Origin: Longimicrobiales bacterium
Lineage (GTDB): Bacteria; Gemmatimonadota; Gemmatimonadetes; Longimicrobiales; Gaopeijiaceae
Assembly (NCBI GenBank): GCA_965248195.1
Contig: CBDFIQ010000002.1
Location: forward strand, 576,001-640,000
DNA length: 64,000 nucleotides
Direction of reading: 5' to 3'
Positions 10,774-20,223 of the stretch are shown piece after piece. A program made the translations under genes and the position numbers. The notes under the pieces are model-generated. The model was not told the origin of the DNA and did not search any database. It saw only the letters and a list, made by a program, of their open reading frames with translations. Every line of letters begins with the position of its first letter. Within the stretch, counting starts at the first letter, position 1.

Positions 10774-11727
10774 ATGGCACGAAGACTCGCACTCCTCGGG
10801 CTGGCAATCACGATTCTGATCGGTGTCGCCGCAACAGGCGGTCGGCAGGAGTCGCCCCAGTCCTACGAGCCGACGCGGATCAGCAAGGCGGTCGAGCTCC
10901 TCGAACAGGATCAGCCGATCTACTACACGCAGGTCAACGGCGGCGGGTACGACGAGGGGAAAAGACTCGCACAAACGTGGGCGGACTACATCACGTACAA
11001 CATGGAGCACAGTCCGTTCAACATGGCCGACCTCCGCGCGTTCATGCAGGGGCTGGTCGATGGCGGGCCGACGAAAAGCGGACATCGTACGCCGACCGTC
11101 ATCGCCGTCTTGCCACTCGGAGGGATCAACGAGACGGTCATGTGGTCGAACTACTGGATGGTCGAGCAGGTGCTCGGATCGGGTGTGCACGGCGTCCTCT
11201 TGGCACATGCCCGATCCCCTGAGGTCGTGAAGGTCCTCGTACAGGCTGCCCGGTATCCGCAGGCGCCCGAGGCCGAAGGGATCGGCGAGGGTCTACGAGG
11301 GAGCGGCGGCCAGGGGTTCGCCGCCCGGATCTGGGGCGTCACCCAACAGGAGTATCAGCGGCTCGCTGATCCCTGGCCGCTCAACCCGGACGGTGAGCTG
11401 TTGATCGGCTTGAAGATCGAAGATCGGCACGCGCTCGACAACGCCGAGGCGAGTACGGCCGTGCCTGGTGTGGGGTTCGCCGAGTGGGGTCCGGGCGACA
11501 TGAGGATGTCGTTCGACGTCGGCCGAACGGGGACGCCTCAGGATCTGGTCGACGCTCGAGCCCGCGTGCTCGCTGCCACCCAGAGAGCGGGTATCCCGTT
11601 CCTCAACCAGGTCAACGCCGAGAACATCGAGGAGATGATCGAGGAAGGTGTCAGGATCGGTGCCAATCCGGGTGCTGAGGTTGCGGACCAGGGTCGGCGC
11701 TATACGAGACGACAGATGCCCTGGTAG
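10774..11727 (+). CDS. HpcH/HpaI aldolase/citrate lyase family protein with signal peptide
   Basis: GGAGG RBS; hydrophobic N-terminus; MEHS, RYP...GLRGSG, KIE and GPGD motifs. Confidence 0.8.
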   Translation: MARRLALLGLAITILIGVAATGGRQESPQSYEPTRISKAVELLEQDQPIYYTQVNGGGYDEGKRLAQTWADYITYNMEHSPFNMADLRAFMQGLVDGGPTKSGHRTPTVIAVLPLGGINETVMWSNYWMVEQVLGSGVHGVLLAHARSPEVVKVLVQAARYPQAPEAEGIGEGLRGSGGQGFAARIWGVTQQEYQRLADPWPLNPDGELLIGLKIEDRHALDNAEASTAVPGVGFAEWGPGDMRMSFDVGRTGTPQDLVDARARVLAATQRAGIPFLNQVNAENIEEMIEEGVRIGANPGAEVADQGRRYTRRQMPW

Positions 11728-11841
11728 GCAACGGGAGGGCGACACGATTCGGCCAGCAAACATGGTGAAGCTGGTGGCGGTGGCGATGCTGGTGGCAGGA
11801 AGCTCCAGCGAAGAGGCGCGGGCCCGGGGGTTACGCCTCCC

Positions 11842-13461
11842 TTATGGCGTGCTCAACTCGGTGGTGTAGAACGGCTCCAAGGTGTCGATCGCGTCGAGCG
11901 GCTGACTGTTCACGTCCCACCGGAACAGGCTCAGCACCATCCGGTCGGGTAGAAAATCCACGAGAGTGAAGCCGTGTTGCTCGATGGGTGGCACGGTCTC
12001 GTCCAGATCGAGGTGCGAGGACGGTGAGGAGCCGACGCCGCGAACCACCGACGGGAAGCCTCCGGGAGACGTGCCGACCGGACCGCTCAGTACGGTCGTC
12101 ACGGGGTTTGCGGAAAGGTCCAGCGTCCCGGAACGGTGCATCCTGCCGGCGCCGATCGCGTGGAGGTCGCCGCTGATGACGAGCGGTGCGCGGTCCCGCA
12201 TGCCTGATATCGTGTCCACCAGCCGGTCGTGCTGCCTGAGCCAGCCGTCCTGCCAATAGGGCTTCGGGATGGCCGTCGTGAGTGCACCAGCTTCGAGGAC
12301 ATCAGGATACCATTCGCCCCACTTCCCGGCGCTCCAACCGAAGGGATTCGAAGGTGCGTGGACCACGTGGCGGACCCCGGGTGAGGTGGTGCGCGCGAGG
12401 AGCCACTCCTCGACGTTCGCGTCCACGAAGACCGCGGTGGGACCGAGCGTCATGGTGCGGCGAACGTCGTAGAGCAGGACCTCGGCCAGGCTTCCGTAGC
12501 GGATCGTGCCGAAGCTCTCGGAGAGGTCCCCCCGGTCGCTCGACGATGACCATGGTAGGCCGAAGGGCCGATTCGCCTCGGGTAGAAACTCCGGGTAATA
12601 AAGCTGCTGCGTCGCGCGGGCGAGCTGGAGCTGAAACCATGCGATCGGGAACGCGCCCGCCGCGTCGTTCTCCCAGTGGTCGTGATCGTCCTGTAGGAAG
12701 AAGACAGGCGTCGATCGGAAGTCCGTACCGTAGACGGGCACGATCTGAGGTCCCGCCGCCAGTATGAGCGCCGCCTCGTTGCTCGTGCCGAAGACGGACC
12801 CGGAGAAGTCGAAGCTCGAGGTCTCGGCTCTGGGGCTGAGCGCCCCCGTGAGCTGGCCACTCCACCGGTGGAGGTCCCAGTAGATGTGGTCGCCATTGGC
12901 GACGGCCGCGTCCGGGTTGAACGACAGCGCCCGTCGCAGCAGGCGGTTGCGGAGTGCGGTGGGGAGGTTCCCGCGACGCTGCCCTATCCCCGTGTAGGTG
13001 CCCTCTGGCCCGCCGGCACACGTGAAGAAGAGGAGGCGGAACCGGTCCGGGCGTGCATCGGCCGAAGGGAACGTCGACAGCGTCCATGGCTCGCAGAGAG
13101 AAGAGCCGTTCGCAGCCACGAGCGAGAGGGAGTGGGCGGCACCCGCATCGAGGTCTGTGGCAGAAAACTGCCAAAACCTGCCACCCGTATCATTCATCCG
13201 GCCGGGGAAGCTGCGCGCCCCGACTCGGAGTGTGGGAGTGGCGGGGAGGGCCTGTTCGAATGAGACCTTGAGTAGGATCCTCGACTCGCTGACCGTCGGG
13301 AGGAGGTGTCGCACCTGACCGGCATCCCAGGTTTGGGACTGCGGCGGCGCGATCTGACTCGTCAGGGCATCGAGCGGCGCGCCTCTGAAGAACGCAGCCC
13401 CCATCGCGCCGGCGCTGCCCGCGAGGAACTTCCTGCGGTCGACGAGCGGTCTCTTGGCCAT
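11842..13461 (-). CDS. Tat-exported PhoD-like metallophosphoesterase-fold protein
   Basis: DRRKFL Tat motif; NGDHIYWD, QDDHD, LYDVRR and SGDLH motifs. Confidence 0.7.
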   Translation of the reverse strand: MAKRPLVDRRKFLAGSAGAMGAAFFRGAPLDALTSQIAPPQSQTWDAGQVRHLLPTVSESRILLKVSFEQALPATPTLRVGARSFPGRMNDTGGRFWQFSATDLDAGAAHSLSLVAANGSSLCEPWTLSTFPSADARPDRFRLLFFTCAGGPEGTYTGIGQRRGNLPTALRNRLLRRALSFNPDAAVANGDHIYWDLHRWSGQLTGALSPRAETSSFDFSGSVFGTSNEAALILAAGPQIVPVYGTDFRSTPVFFLQDDHDHWENDAAGAFPIAWFQLQLARATQQLYYPEFLPEANRPFGLPWSSSSDRGDLSESFGTIRYGSLAEVLLYDVRRTMTLGPTAVFVDANVEEWLLARTTSPGVRHVVHAPSNPFGWSAGKWGEWYPDVLEAGALTTAIPKPYWQDGWLRQHDRLVDTISGMRDRAPLVISGDLHAIGAGRMHRSGTLDLSANPVTTVLSGPVGTSPGGFPSVVRGVGSSPSSHLDLDETVPPIEQHGFTLVDFLPDRMVLSLFRWDVNSQPLDAIDTLEPFYTTELSTP

Positions 13462-13639
13462 GAATTACCTCCCCGGTGAAAGGCACGCCATCCTCCAGCC
13501 GGCCCAACGTAGCCTTCGCATCTTTGTGAAAAAAGTCTGTCGCAAACCACAAGCCTACCGGCACGCGGCCCCGGCCGATCATGTGGGCCTCGTGGAGGCG
13601 TCGCTTCGGCTCCTGCCACTGTGTGGCCAAAGCCGTGTG

Positions 13640-14953
13640 TTACTCCGGGATCAGCACGACCTGTACATCCATCACGTTGGTGCCGGTGGGACCGGTGACA
13701 ATGAGGTCGTCCAGCGCTTCGAAGAAGGGGGTCGAGTCGTTGGCGGCCAGCGCGGCCCCGGCGTCCAGCCCGAGTGCCTGCGCGCGAGCGATCGTCGTCT
13801 GGTCCGCGAAAGCGCCGGCGGCGTGGCTCGCACCATCAATACCGTCTGTCCCCATCGACGCCAGCAACAGGGCGCCCCGACCGTGTAAGGCCAGCGCGGC
13901 TCCCAGCACGAGCTCCTGATTGCGCCCTCCTTTTCCCGCGCCGCGCACGTCGACCGTCGTCTCGCCGGATGCGATGAGACACGCCGGAGGTGTGATCGGG
14001 CCCCGACCACCCCTGATCTCCAACCCTCGGGCAGCGAGCATGCGTCCAACCTCGTTCGCTTCGCCGCTCAACGTCGTGGTGAGGAGCCGCGCCCGATATC
14101 CCCGGCTCTCGGCTTCCCGAAGCGCGGCATGAGCAGCCAACCGGTTGCTTCCCACGATGCGGACCTCCACGTCGGCAAAATACGGTGCCTCGGGACCCGG
14201 TGACTCTGGAACCGCGCCCCGTGCCCCGGACTCCAGATATTCGAGCGCCGAGGCGGGGATCCGGTCTCGAGCCTGGTGACGGTCTACGATGGCCAGAGCA
14301 TCGGCGAATTTCGTCGGATCGGGTGAGAGCGGTCCGGAAGCGATGACATCCGGGCGGTCTCCCAACACGTCGGACAGGAGCAGCGCCACCACCCTGGCCG
14401 GCGCGGCGATCTGGGCCAGACGACCGCCCTTGAGCCGGTCGAGGTGCTTACGAACACAATTGAGTTCATCTATGGTGGCGCCGGCTCGGAGCAACATGTC
14501 CGTCGTCTCGCCAACATCGCGCAGCGTAACACCGGATGGGGGGAAGGTCATGAGCGCCGAGCCGCCACCCGAGATGAGGCAGAGCAGCAAGTCATCCGCG
14601 CCGAGCTCGTTGGCGAGTTGCGCGACCGCGCGGGCACCCCGTTCGCTACCATCGGTGGGGACGGGGTGTCCACCACGAAAGGCCCGGAGGTTACCGGGTG
14701 TGGGCATCTCCGTATCGGTCGGGGCGATGACCACCCCGTCCGCGACTCGCGGGCCGAGCATCTCGCACGCCGCCCGCGCCATGGCGGCCGCCGCCTTGCC
14801 CACGGCAACAACGTGAACGGGGGGGGTGCCTGGGAGGGTCTCGGGATGTTGTTCGAACACCTCCGTGACCAGACGGGTGGGATCCACCGCACTAACCGCC
14901 GCGTCGAGACACGCTCGTGCGTCCTCGCGAAGCCGACGGCCGCTAGCCTCCAC
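13640..14953 (-). CDS. Glycerate kinase type 2 (DUF4147/MOFRL, TtuD-like)
   Basis: GKAA, GHPVP, ISGGGSAL, KGGRLA, IASGP, GGRNQE, TDGIDG and GPTGTNVMD motifs. Confidence 0.92.
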   Translation of the reverse strand: MEASGRRLREDARACLDAAVSAVDPTRLVTEVFEQHPETLPGTPPVHVVAVGKAAAAMARAACEMLGPRVADGVVIAPTDTEMPTPGNLRAFRGGHPVPTDGSERGARAVAQLANELGADDLLLCLISGGGSALMTFPPSGVTLRDVGETTDMLLRAGATIDELNCVRKHLDRLKGGRLAQIAAPARVVALLLSDVLGDRPDVIASGPLSPDPTKFADALAIVDRHQARDRIPASALEYLESGARGAVPESPGPEAPYFADVEVRIVGSNRLAAHAALREAESRGYRARLLTTTLSGEANEVGRMLAARGLEIRGGRGPITPPACLIASGETTVDVRGAGKGGRNQELVLGAALALHGRGALLLASMGTDGIDGASHAAGAFADQTTIARAQALGLDAGAALAANDSTPFFEALDDLIVTGPTGTNVMDVQVVLIPE

Positions 14954-15043
14954 CCGTGCCGCGCTATCCGCCGTGCCGCGCTATCCGGCGGCCGTGCGGC
15001 TCACGTTCGTCCGGACAGCAAATGACCTTTTACCGGCCCGGAA

Positions 15044-16720
15044 TCACGCGCCGCCACTCCCCGCCAGATCTCCGCTTCTCGCCGAACGAACCAGATGGTC
15101 CGCCGCACGGAACGCGAGCGCCTGGATCGTCATGGTCGGGTGATTGCGGCCACCGGTGACGAGATTGCTGCCGTCGACGACGAACAGGTTGGGCACATCG
15201 TGGGCCCGGTGGTACCTGTCAACCACCGAGGTATTCGGGTCGATCCCCATCCGGCAGGTGCCGCGGTTATGCGCGCCACCAGTGCTATCGCGGACCGGAC
15301 CCGCCCAAACCGATTTACCCCCTGCCGCTTCGAGGACCTCGATCGATTTCTGTCTGAAGAACTCCATGTTCTTGATGTCGTCGGGATGACTCGTGGACGT
15401 GATGCGCATCGCAGGCAAGCCCCACTCGTCCTTCACGTTGGGGTCCAAATCCACACGATTGGTCTCGAGCGGCAGCTGCGTGGTGAAACAGGAGATCGAC
15501 ATCTTATGCCGCGATTCGTCCCTGAGCGCCTGCTTGTAGCCCGCTCCCCAGCGCGGTGCGCCAGGGCTCAGCCCTCCGAGGCCGTAACTGATCGGCGTGG
15601 CGTAGCCGCGGGAGGTCATGCGGCCGCCGCCATAGAATCCCCGGCTGGGATCGGACGGGACGTAGTCCACGATTCCGGTGCCGGACACGACGCCCTTGTA
15701 GTCATTCAGCGGATGCTCGAAGAGCGCGCTCGCGCCGGCGCCGCCTCCAAGCATGAGGTACTTGCCGACGACACCGTTCGAATTCGCGAGCCCATCCGGA
15801 AAGCGGGCCGACGTCGACATCAGGAGCAGACGAGCCGACTCCCCCGCGTTCGCGGACAGCACGACCGCTTTGGCTCTCTGAAATACTTCCTGTTTCTGGG
15901 CGTTGAAATAGGTGACCCCGGTCACTTGGCCGGCGTTGTCCACCGTGATTTCGCGGACGTAACTTCTGACGCGAACCTCACAGTTTCCGGTCTCGATGGC
16001 GAGAGGGATGACGGTGACCGCGGAACTCGAGCGCGCGCGTACGTGGCACCCATAGCCCGAACACATCCCGCAATTAACGCACCCGAGGCGGCCCATGTAC
16101 CCTTCGGTAATGATGGCGAGTGGGCCGGGCACCACGCTCAAGCCGAGCTTGGCAGCCGCCTTATAGAACAGGGCGCCCGAGGATTTCATCGGCACCGGGG
16201 GCACCGGGTACTCCCTGGACATCGGCGCGACAAACGGGGAATCCACGCGCTGTCCCGAGATACCCATCTCCCACTCTGCCTGCGTGTAATAAGGCTCCAA
16301 CTCGTCGTAGGTGACCGGCCAGTCCGCCAAACCGGTTCCGGCGATCGTTCCCACGGTGCTGGCTTCGTTGAACTCCCACGGCAGGTGGCGCCAACTGCTG
16401 CCCCCGTACGTGACGGTCCCGCCCCCGACGACGCATCCGTACGAGTGCCTGCCCGGACGGGCCTCTTCCCGGTCGTTCCTGCGAAACGTGTTGCGCTGCC
16501 GCGTGGGGTCGCTAGTCAACCGGTCTTCGAGGCCCGCGTTTCGATTGAGCAACTCGTCCTTCGTGTAATCGCGTTCGTGCCCGTATTTACCCCAGCCTCC
16601 TTGCTCGAGAACCACCACCGAGAAGCCGGCCATCGACAGCTGCTTGGCCATGATGCCCCCGGCGGCCCCGGAACCGATTACGACGAAATCAACCTCTTCC
16701 TGCTGCCTGTACTGTCTCAT
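15044..16720 (-). CDS. GMC family oxidoreductase (gluconate 2-dehydrogenase flavoprotein-like)
   Basis: GSGAAG FAD motif; VGGGT; CxxCGxC..GC; HNRGTCRMG; NHPTMT. Confidence 0.9.
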   Translation of the reverse strand: MRQYRQQEEVDFVVIGSGAAGGIMAKQLSMAGFSVVVLEQGGWGKYGHERDYTKDELLNRNAGLEDRLTSDPTRQRNTFRRNDREEARPGRHSYGCVVGGGTVTYGGSSWRHLPWEFNEASTVGTIAGTGLADWPVTYDELEPYYTQAEWEMGISGQRVDSPFVAPMSREYPVPPVPMKSSGALFYKAAAKLGLSVVPGPLAIITEGYMGRLGCVNCGMCSGYGCHVRARSSSAVTVIPLAIETGNCEVRVRSYVREITVDNAGQVTGVTYFNAQKQEVFQRAKAVVLSANAGESARLLLMSTSARFPDGLANSNGVVGKYLMLGGGAGASALFEHPLNDYKGVVSGTGIVDYVPSDPSRGFYGGGRMTSRGYATPISYGLGGLSPGAPRWGAGYKQALRDESRHKMSISCFTTQLPLETNRVDLDPNVKDEWGLPAMRITSTSHPDDIKNMEFFRQKSIEVLEAAGGKSVWAGPVRDSTGGAHNRGTCRMGIDPNTSVVDRYHRAHDVPNLFVVDGSNLVTGGRNHPTMTIQALAFRAADHLVRSARSGDLAGSGGA

Positions 16721-16743
16721 GACGTTTTTCTCCAGTTCCGAGC

Positions 16744-17331
16744 TTATCCGCGGGCTTGGGGGAGCGCGTCGTAGTAGCCGAACGGCGCCTCGTGGTCGAG
16801 AGAGTCATCATAGCCAAGGAGCTGCCAACCGACCTTGTCGTGATTGCCGCCGTGCACGGGGCTGGCGAAGAAGCCGGTGATGGTATGAGTCCGGACCAGG
16901 TTGAAGAACGGCGTGTCCTCGATCGCCGTGAGTACCTGGATCTGCTGGTCGAAGGTCAGCTCCGAGAATTTGCTGGCGTTCGGGAAGCTCTGGTGAGCTT
17001 GCGCCGCGAGATCTTTGAGGCCTTGCGTGTAGTCCGCCTGGCGTTCGCGTTCGAAGGTCACGAGGGCTCTGTCGATGAAAGAAACCACTCGGGCCTCGCG
17101 TGCGCCCGGCGTGTGGTCGGTCGGGATGATCTGGGCGGCCATCTCCTCGACCTCGACGGCCTGCTCGGGGGTGAAGAATGCGAACTTGGCCGGTTGCTCG
17201 GACTCGGCCGCCTTCAGCACATACTCTTCAGCCGCCAGGATGCCGGAGTAGTTGACCGCGACCCAGGCCCCGCCCAGGCCGGAAACCGACTCGATGAGAA
17301 ACGAACGTCGTGACTTCTCTTGGGTGCTCAT
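16744..17331 (-). CDS. Gluconate 2-dehydrogenase subunit 3 family, Tat-exported
   Basis: SRRSFL Tat motif; IIPTD.TPGA, FIDRAL and GGN..VGW motifs; adjacent to the GMC gene. Confidence 0.88.
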   Translation of the reverse strand: MSTQEKSRRSFLIESVSGLGGAWVAVNYSGILAAEEYVLKAAESEQPAKFAFFTPEQAVEVEEMAAQIIPTDHTPGAREARVVSFIDRALVTFERERQADYTQGLKDLAAQAHQSFPNASKFSELTFDQQIQVLTAIEDTPFFNLVRTHTITGFFASPVHGGNHDKVGWQLLGYDDSLDHEAPFGYYDALPQARG

Positions 17332-17517
17332 GCTCCCTCCCTGGGATACAGTCCTGGTTACCTGGGTTGCGTTCGCCGTACCGCGCCCTGCTTTCCGATG
17401 GACCCGTACGGCTGAATGTCCCCCATGTCAAGGTGTGTCGACCGACACCGGCCTCGAGACGCGCTAGCGACCCGATGGTGAGTGCTTCATGAGAACGCGC
17501 TGTTGGCACTCGGCCCG

Positions 17518-18159
17518 CTAGCGTCGCGTGTCGAGGAAATGTTCAGCGCGATTCCGCTCCTGCACCGTATTCACGTTCAGGAAGTCGATCTTTGAATCCG
17601 CGACCCCGGCGACGGCGTCTTCATCGATGAAAACCGCCCCGATGGCTTGTGCCAACCCACGCATCGACCGGTCTTCGGAGTGGAGCCTTTGCTCGACCGC
17701 CGATGCACACGCCGCTCGGTAAAGCGCACAGAGGGGCTCCGGACCATCCGAGCCCAAGGGGACGACTGCGGGAGCGTCGTCGCTCCAGCCGAGGACCGTC
17801 CGAAGCAGTGCCTCACTCACGAGGGGCATGTCGCACCCGAGAAGGAGGACGCCATCGTCTCCTCTTTCCCTGGCCCATTGGAGCGCTGTCCACAACCCGC
17901 CGATCGGGCCGAGTCCGGGCTCAAGATCGGGCCGAACCGGAACACCCAGCATGGCTTCCACACTGTCCTCGTCCGATATGACGCCGACCGGCAAGCCAGC
18001 CGCCTGAAGCGCACGCACGCCCCAACTCGCCATCGGAGCGCCGCCGAGCGGTGCGAACACCTTCGGCCGGCCGAACCGGCGGCTCTTCCCGCCGGCCAGG
18101 ATGACGCCGAAGGTCCGCTCGGTGGCGGGGCTCCCCCGGCGAATCTCAGAGTTCGACAC
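17518..18159 (-). CDS. mobA: Molybdenum cofactor guanylyltransferase
   Basis: ILAGGKSRRFG..K, GPIGG, CDMP, EPLCALY and FLNVNT motifs. Confidence 0.88.
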   Translation of the reverse strand: MSNSEIRRGSPATERTFGVILAGGKSRRFGRPKVFAPLGGAPMASWGVRALQAAGLPVGVISDEDSVEAMLGVPVRPDLEPGLGPIGGLWTALQWARERGDDGVLLLGCDMPLVSEALLRTVLGWSDDAPAVVPLGSDGPEPLCALYRAACASAVEQRLHSEDRSMRGLAQAIGAVFIDEDAVAGVADSKIDFLNVNTVQERNRAEHFLDTRR

Positions 18160-18274
18160 TTTTCTCCGTCAGGGGGGAGCGTCGCGAGAGATACTCGATG
18201 GGTGTCCACCATACAGGAAATGAACACGTTCGGCACGTTGCCACCCAGTGAGGGTCACTGGCGTGCGGGTCCTT

Positions 18275-18306
18275 ACACTTGGTGGCCCTAACACTTGCTG
18301 GCCCTA
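18275..18306. repeat. 16-bp tandem direct repeat upstream of the TPR gene
   Basis: acacttggtggcccta / acacttgctggcccta (15/16 identical). Confidence 0.85.
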
Positions 18307-18597
18307 TTCCGGCGGGGTGAGGTCTCCAAAAAATTGGCAGGAGGGCGGCAGGAAGGCGCGGACAGTCGATCGGCGGCAAACCTCCGCCGCACAGTAGTTC
18401 TGACTCAAGAGCCCCCCCCAGGGTCATCAAAGCCAAGGCACCTGCCCGCACGTACCCTAAGTTCCAGTCTAGGCCCGCCGATACGATCGCGCAAGAGTTG
18501 GACAATACTAGCTTGTATGTCCCGATTCGTGAAATCGGGGGATCACATATTTCTGGGCGTCTTCCCCCCCGAGGGGTGGACTGCTTAGATTGGAAAC

Positions 18598-19977
18598 ATG
18601 ACACAGCAATTACATCTCTACTCCCACGATCCGATTCGGAGCCGCCTGGCACCGAAACTGGCGACCCTCATGCAGGAGGCGGGAGCCGCGAGCACCGGCC
18701 TGGTTTGGTCGTCCGGGGAGAATAGTGGAGTGCTTCACCCCTACCTGATGATTTGTGCCGAGGCAGAAGACGGATGTGGGTTCGAGAGCGTCCCGAAGGA
18801 ATTCATCGGGAGCAGCCGAAGGGAATCCGTGGTGGGACGGCTCCGCAGTGGCCAAACGAGGGCCAACACCTGGGCAGGTATCTTCCTGGCCGAGCGCCAC
18901 GGCCGATCCTGGTTCCTCGTCCTCCAAGGGGATCAGCGTTTGGAGGTCGGCAGGAGCTTGGGCCGTGCGGCGGAGATCGCCGCTTGGGTGGCGACGTGGG
19001 CGATCGGGCGCATCGAAGGCGCCGAGCCGACTACACACCTTTCCGTGATGGAGCTGATTGCCGAGGGTGAAGCCACGGAGGACGCCTCCGACTTCGAGGC
19101 GGCGATCACGCTGTATGGCCAAGCCCACGAGGCCGCTCTTTCCACCGCGAATGAGGCTTCGGCGCTCCGCACGGCCCGCTTCTTGGGTAGAGCGCTTCGC
19201 AAGCTGGGTCGATGGGACCAAGCCGTGGCTTGGTATGAGCAGACTCGTGATACGGCTCTTGCGCTCGGGAGGCTCGATGCCGCGGCCCACGTGGCCATCG
19301 GCCTGGCAAACGTCAGGCGGCACAAGGGTGCGATCCCAGCGGCCGAGGCTCTCTTCCGCTCGGCGATCGAGGAGGGAACCCAGTCCGGAGCCCGGCAGGC
19401 GGTCGCGCAGGGTTATTTCGGGCTCATGTTGATCCACCGCGATTCCGAAGCTTGGACGGAGGCCGCTCAAGCCGGATGGCGCGCCTTCACGGAAGCGCGT
19501 GGATTCTACGACGAGTGGGATATTCTCCATGCCCTCGGTGACTGCTTCCGCAGGCTGGGAAGATCGGAGGAGGCCTGGTGCTGCAACCTCATCACGATGA
19601 AGGGCTCGCCGCTTACCGAGACCCGACACCAGGCGGCCCAGAACCTCGCCGTGATGGCCGCCCTCGGAGGAGACGAAGCTTCCTTCGACTATTTTTCGTC
19701 CAAAGTCGACCTCACCGAAGTATCGGTGATGGGGCAAGGACAGATTCTCTTTGAGCGGGGTCAAGCCCTACTCGCCCTCGATCGCCCGGAGGGGCATGCG
19801 GCTCTGGAGGCAGCTCTCCGTTACGCCGAGGAGTTGAGGCTCGGTAAGCTCGTGTTCGACATTGAGGCGGCTCTCGAACTCGAGAGGCCCTGGGAGCCCT
19901 TGCTGGGCCCGACCCCCCTTGTTCGCGATACCGAAGAAGAAGAGATCCGGACCCAGCTCGAGCTGCTCGCTACCTGA
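18598..19977 (+). CDS. Tetratricopeptide-repeat protein with unknown N-terminal domain
   Basis: Several helical TPR-like units (LGRALRKLGRWDQAVAWY, LANVRRHKGAIPAAEALF, LGDCFRRLGRSEEA); no signal peptide. Confidence 0.8.
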   Translation: MTQQLHLYSHDPIRSRLAPKLATLMQEAGAASTGLVWSSGENSGVLHPYLMICAEAEDGCGFESVPKEFIGSSRRESVVGRLRSGQTRANTWAGIFLAERHGRSWFLVLQGDQRLEVGRSLGRAAEIAAWVATWAIGRIEGAEPTTHLSVMELIAEGEATEDASDFEAAITLYGQAHEAALSTANEASALRTARFLGRALRKLGRWDQAVAWYEQTRDTALALGRLDAAAHVAIGLANVRRHKGAIPAAEALFRSAIEEGTQSGARQAVAQGYFGLMLIHRDSEAWTEAAQAGWRAFTEARGFYDEWDILHALGDCFRRLGRSEEAWCCNLITMKGSPLTETRHQAAQNLAVMAALGGDEASFDYFSSKVDLTEVSVMGQGQILFERGQALLALDRPEGHAALEAALRYAEELRLGKLVFDIEAALELERPWEPLLGPTPLVRDTEEEEIRTQLELLAT

Positions 19978-19990
19978 GCTTAACCTACCG

Positions 19991-20116
19991 TCAATCGCAG
20001 TAGCTGTTCGGGTCCACCACGCCGTCGCAATTCGCCAAATCCGTCGGTGAACCCCCACATGCCGTCATGATTCCCGTGATCGCCAGGAACACCCACATCG
20101 TCACCAGCTTTCTCAT
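19991..20116 (-). CDS. 41-aa small lipoprotein/peptide, absent from the ORF track: MRKLVTMWVFLAITGIMTACGGSPTDLANCDGVVDPNSYCD
   Basis: Translated by hand. GAGGAGG RBS 6 nt before ATG; MRK + hydrophobic stretch + lipobox MTA-C; AT-rich segment upstream (about 20190-20227). Confidence 0.8.
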   Translation of the reverse strand: MRKLVTMWVFLAITGIMTACGGSPTDLANCDGVVDPNSYCD

Positions 20117-20223
20117 CCTGTGCCTCCTCTGAACCGAGCCAAGGGGCGGACATGGGGAAGCCATGACGCCCCCGCACAGGAATCAAGCTGGTAATGTACA
20201 AAAACACAATAATTAGTTTTATT

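Noticed and set aside
15095..16774. 559-aa plus-strand ORF
   Set aside because: Antisense shadow of the GMC oxidoreductase; Arg/Gly-rich with no motifs, typical of high-GC DNA.
18160..18420. Moco riboswitch upstream of mobA
   Set aside because: Hairpins are present but I could not recognise the conserved Moco RNA motif by eye; an Rfam scan would be needed.
19980..20207. 75-aa minus-strand ORF from the track (MFLYITS...)
   Set aside because: Non-ATG start inside an AT-rich spacer with no RBS; it overlaps the 41-aa ORF, which has a strong RBS and a clear lipoprotein signal.
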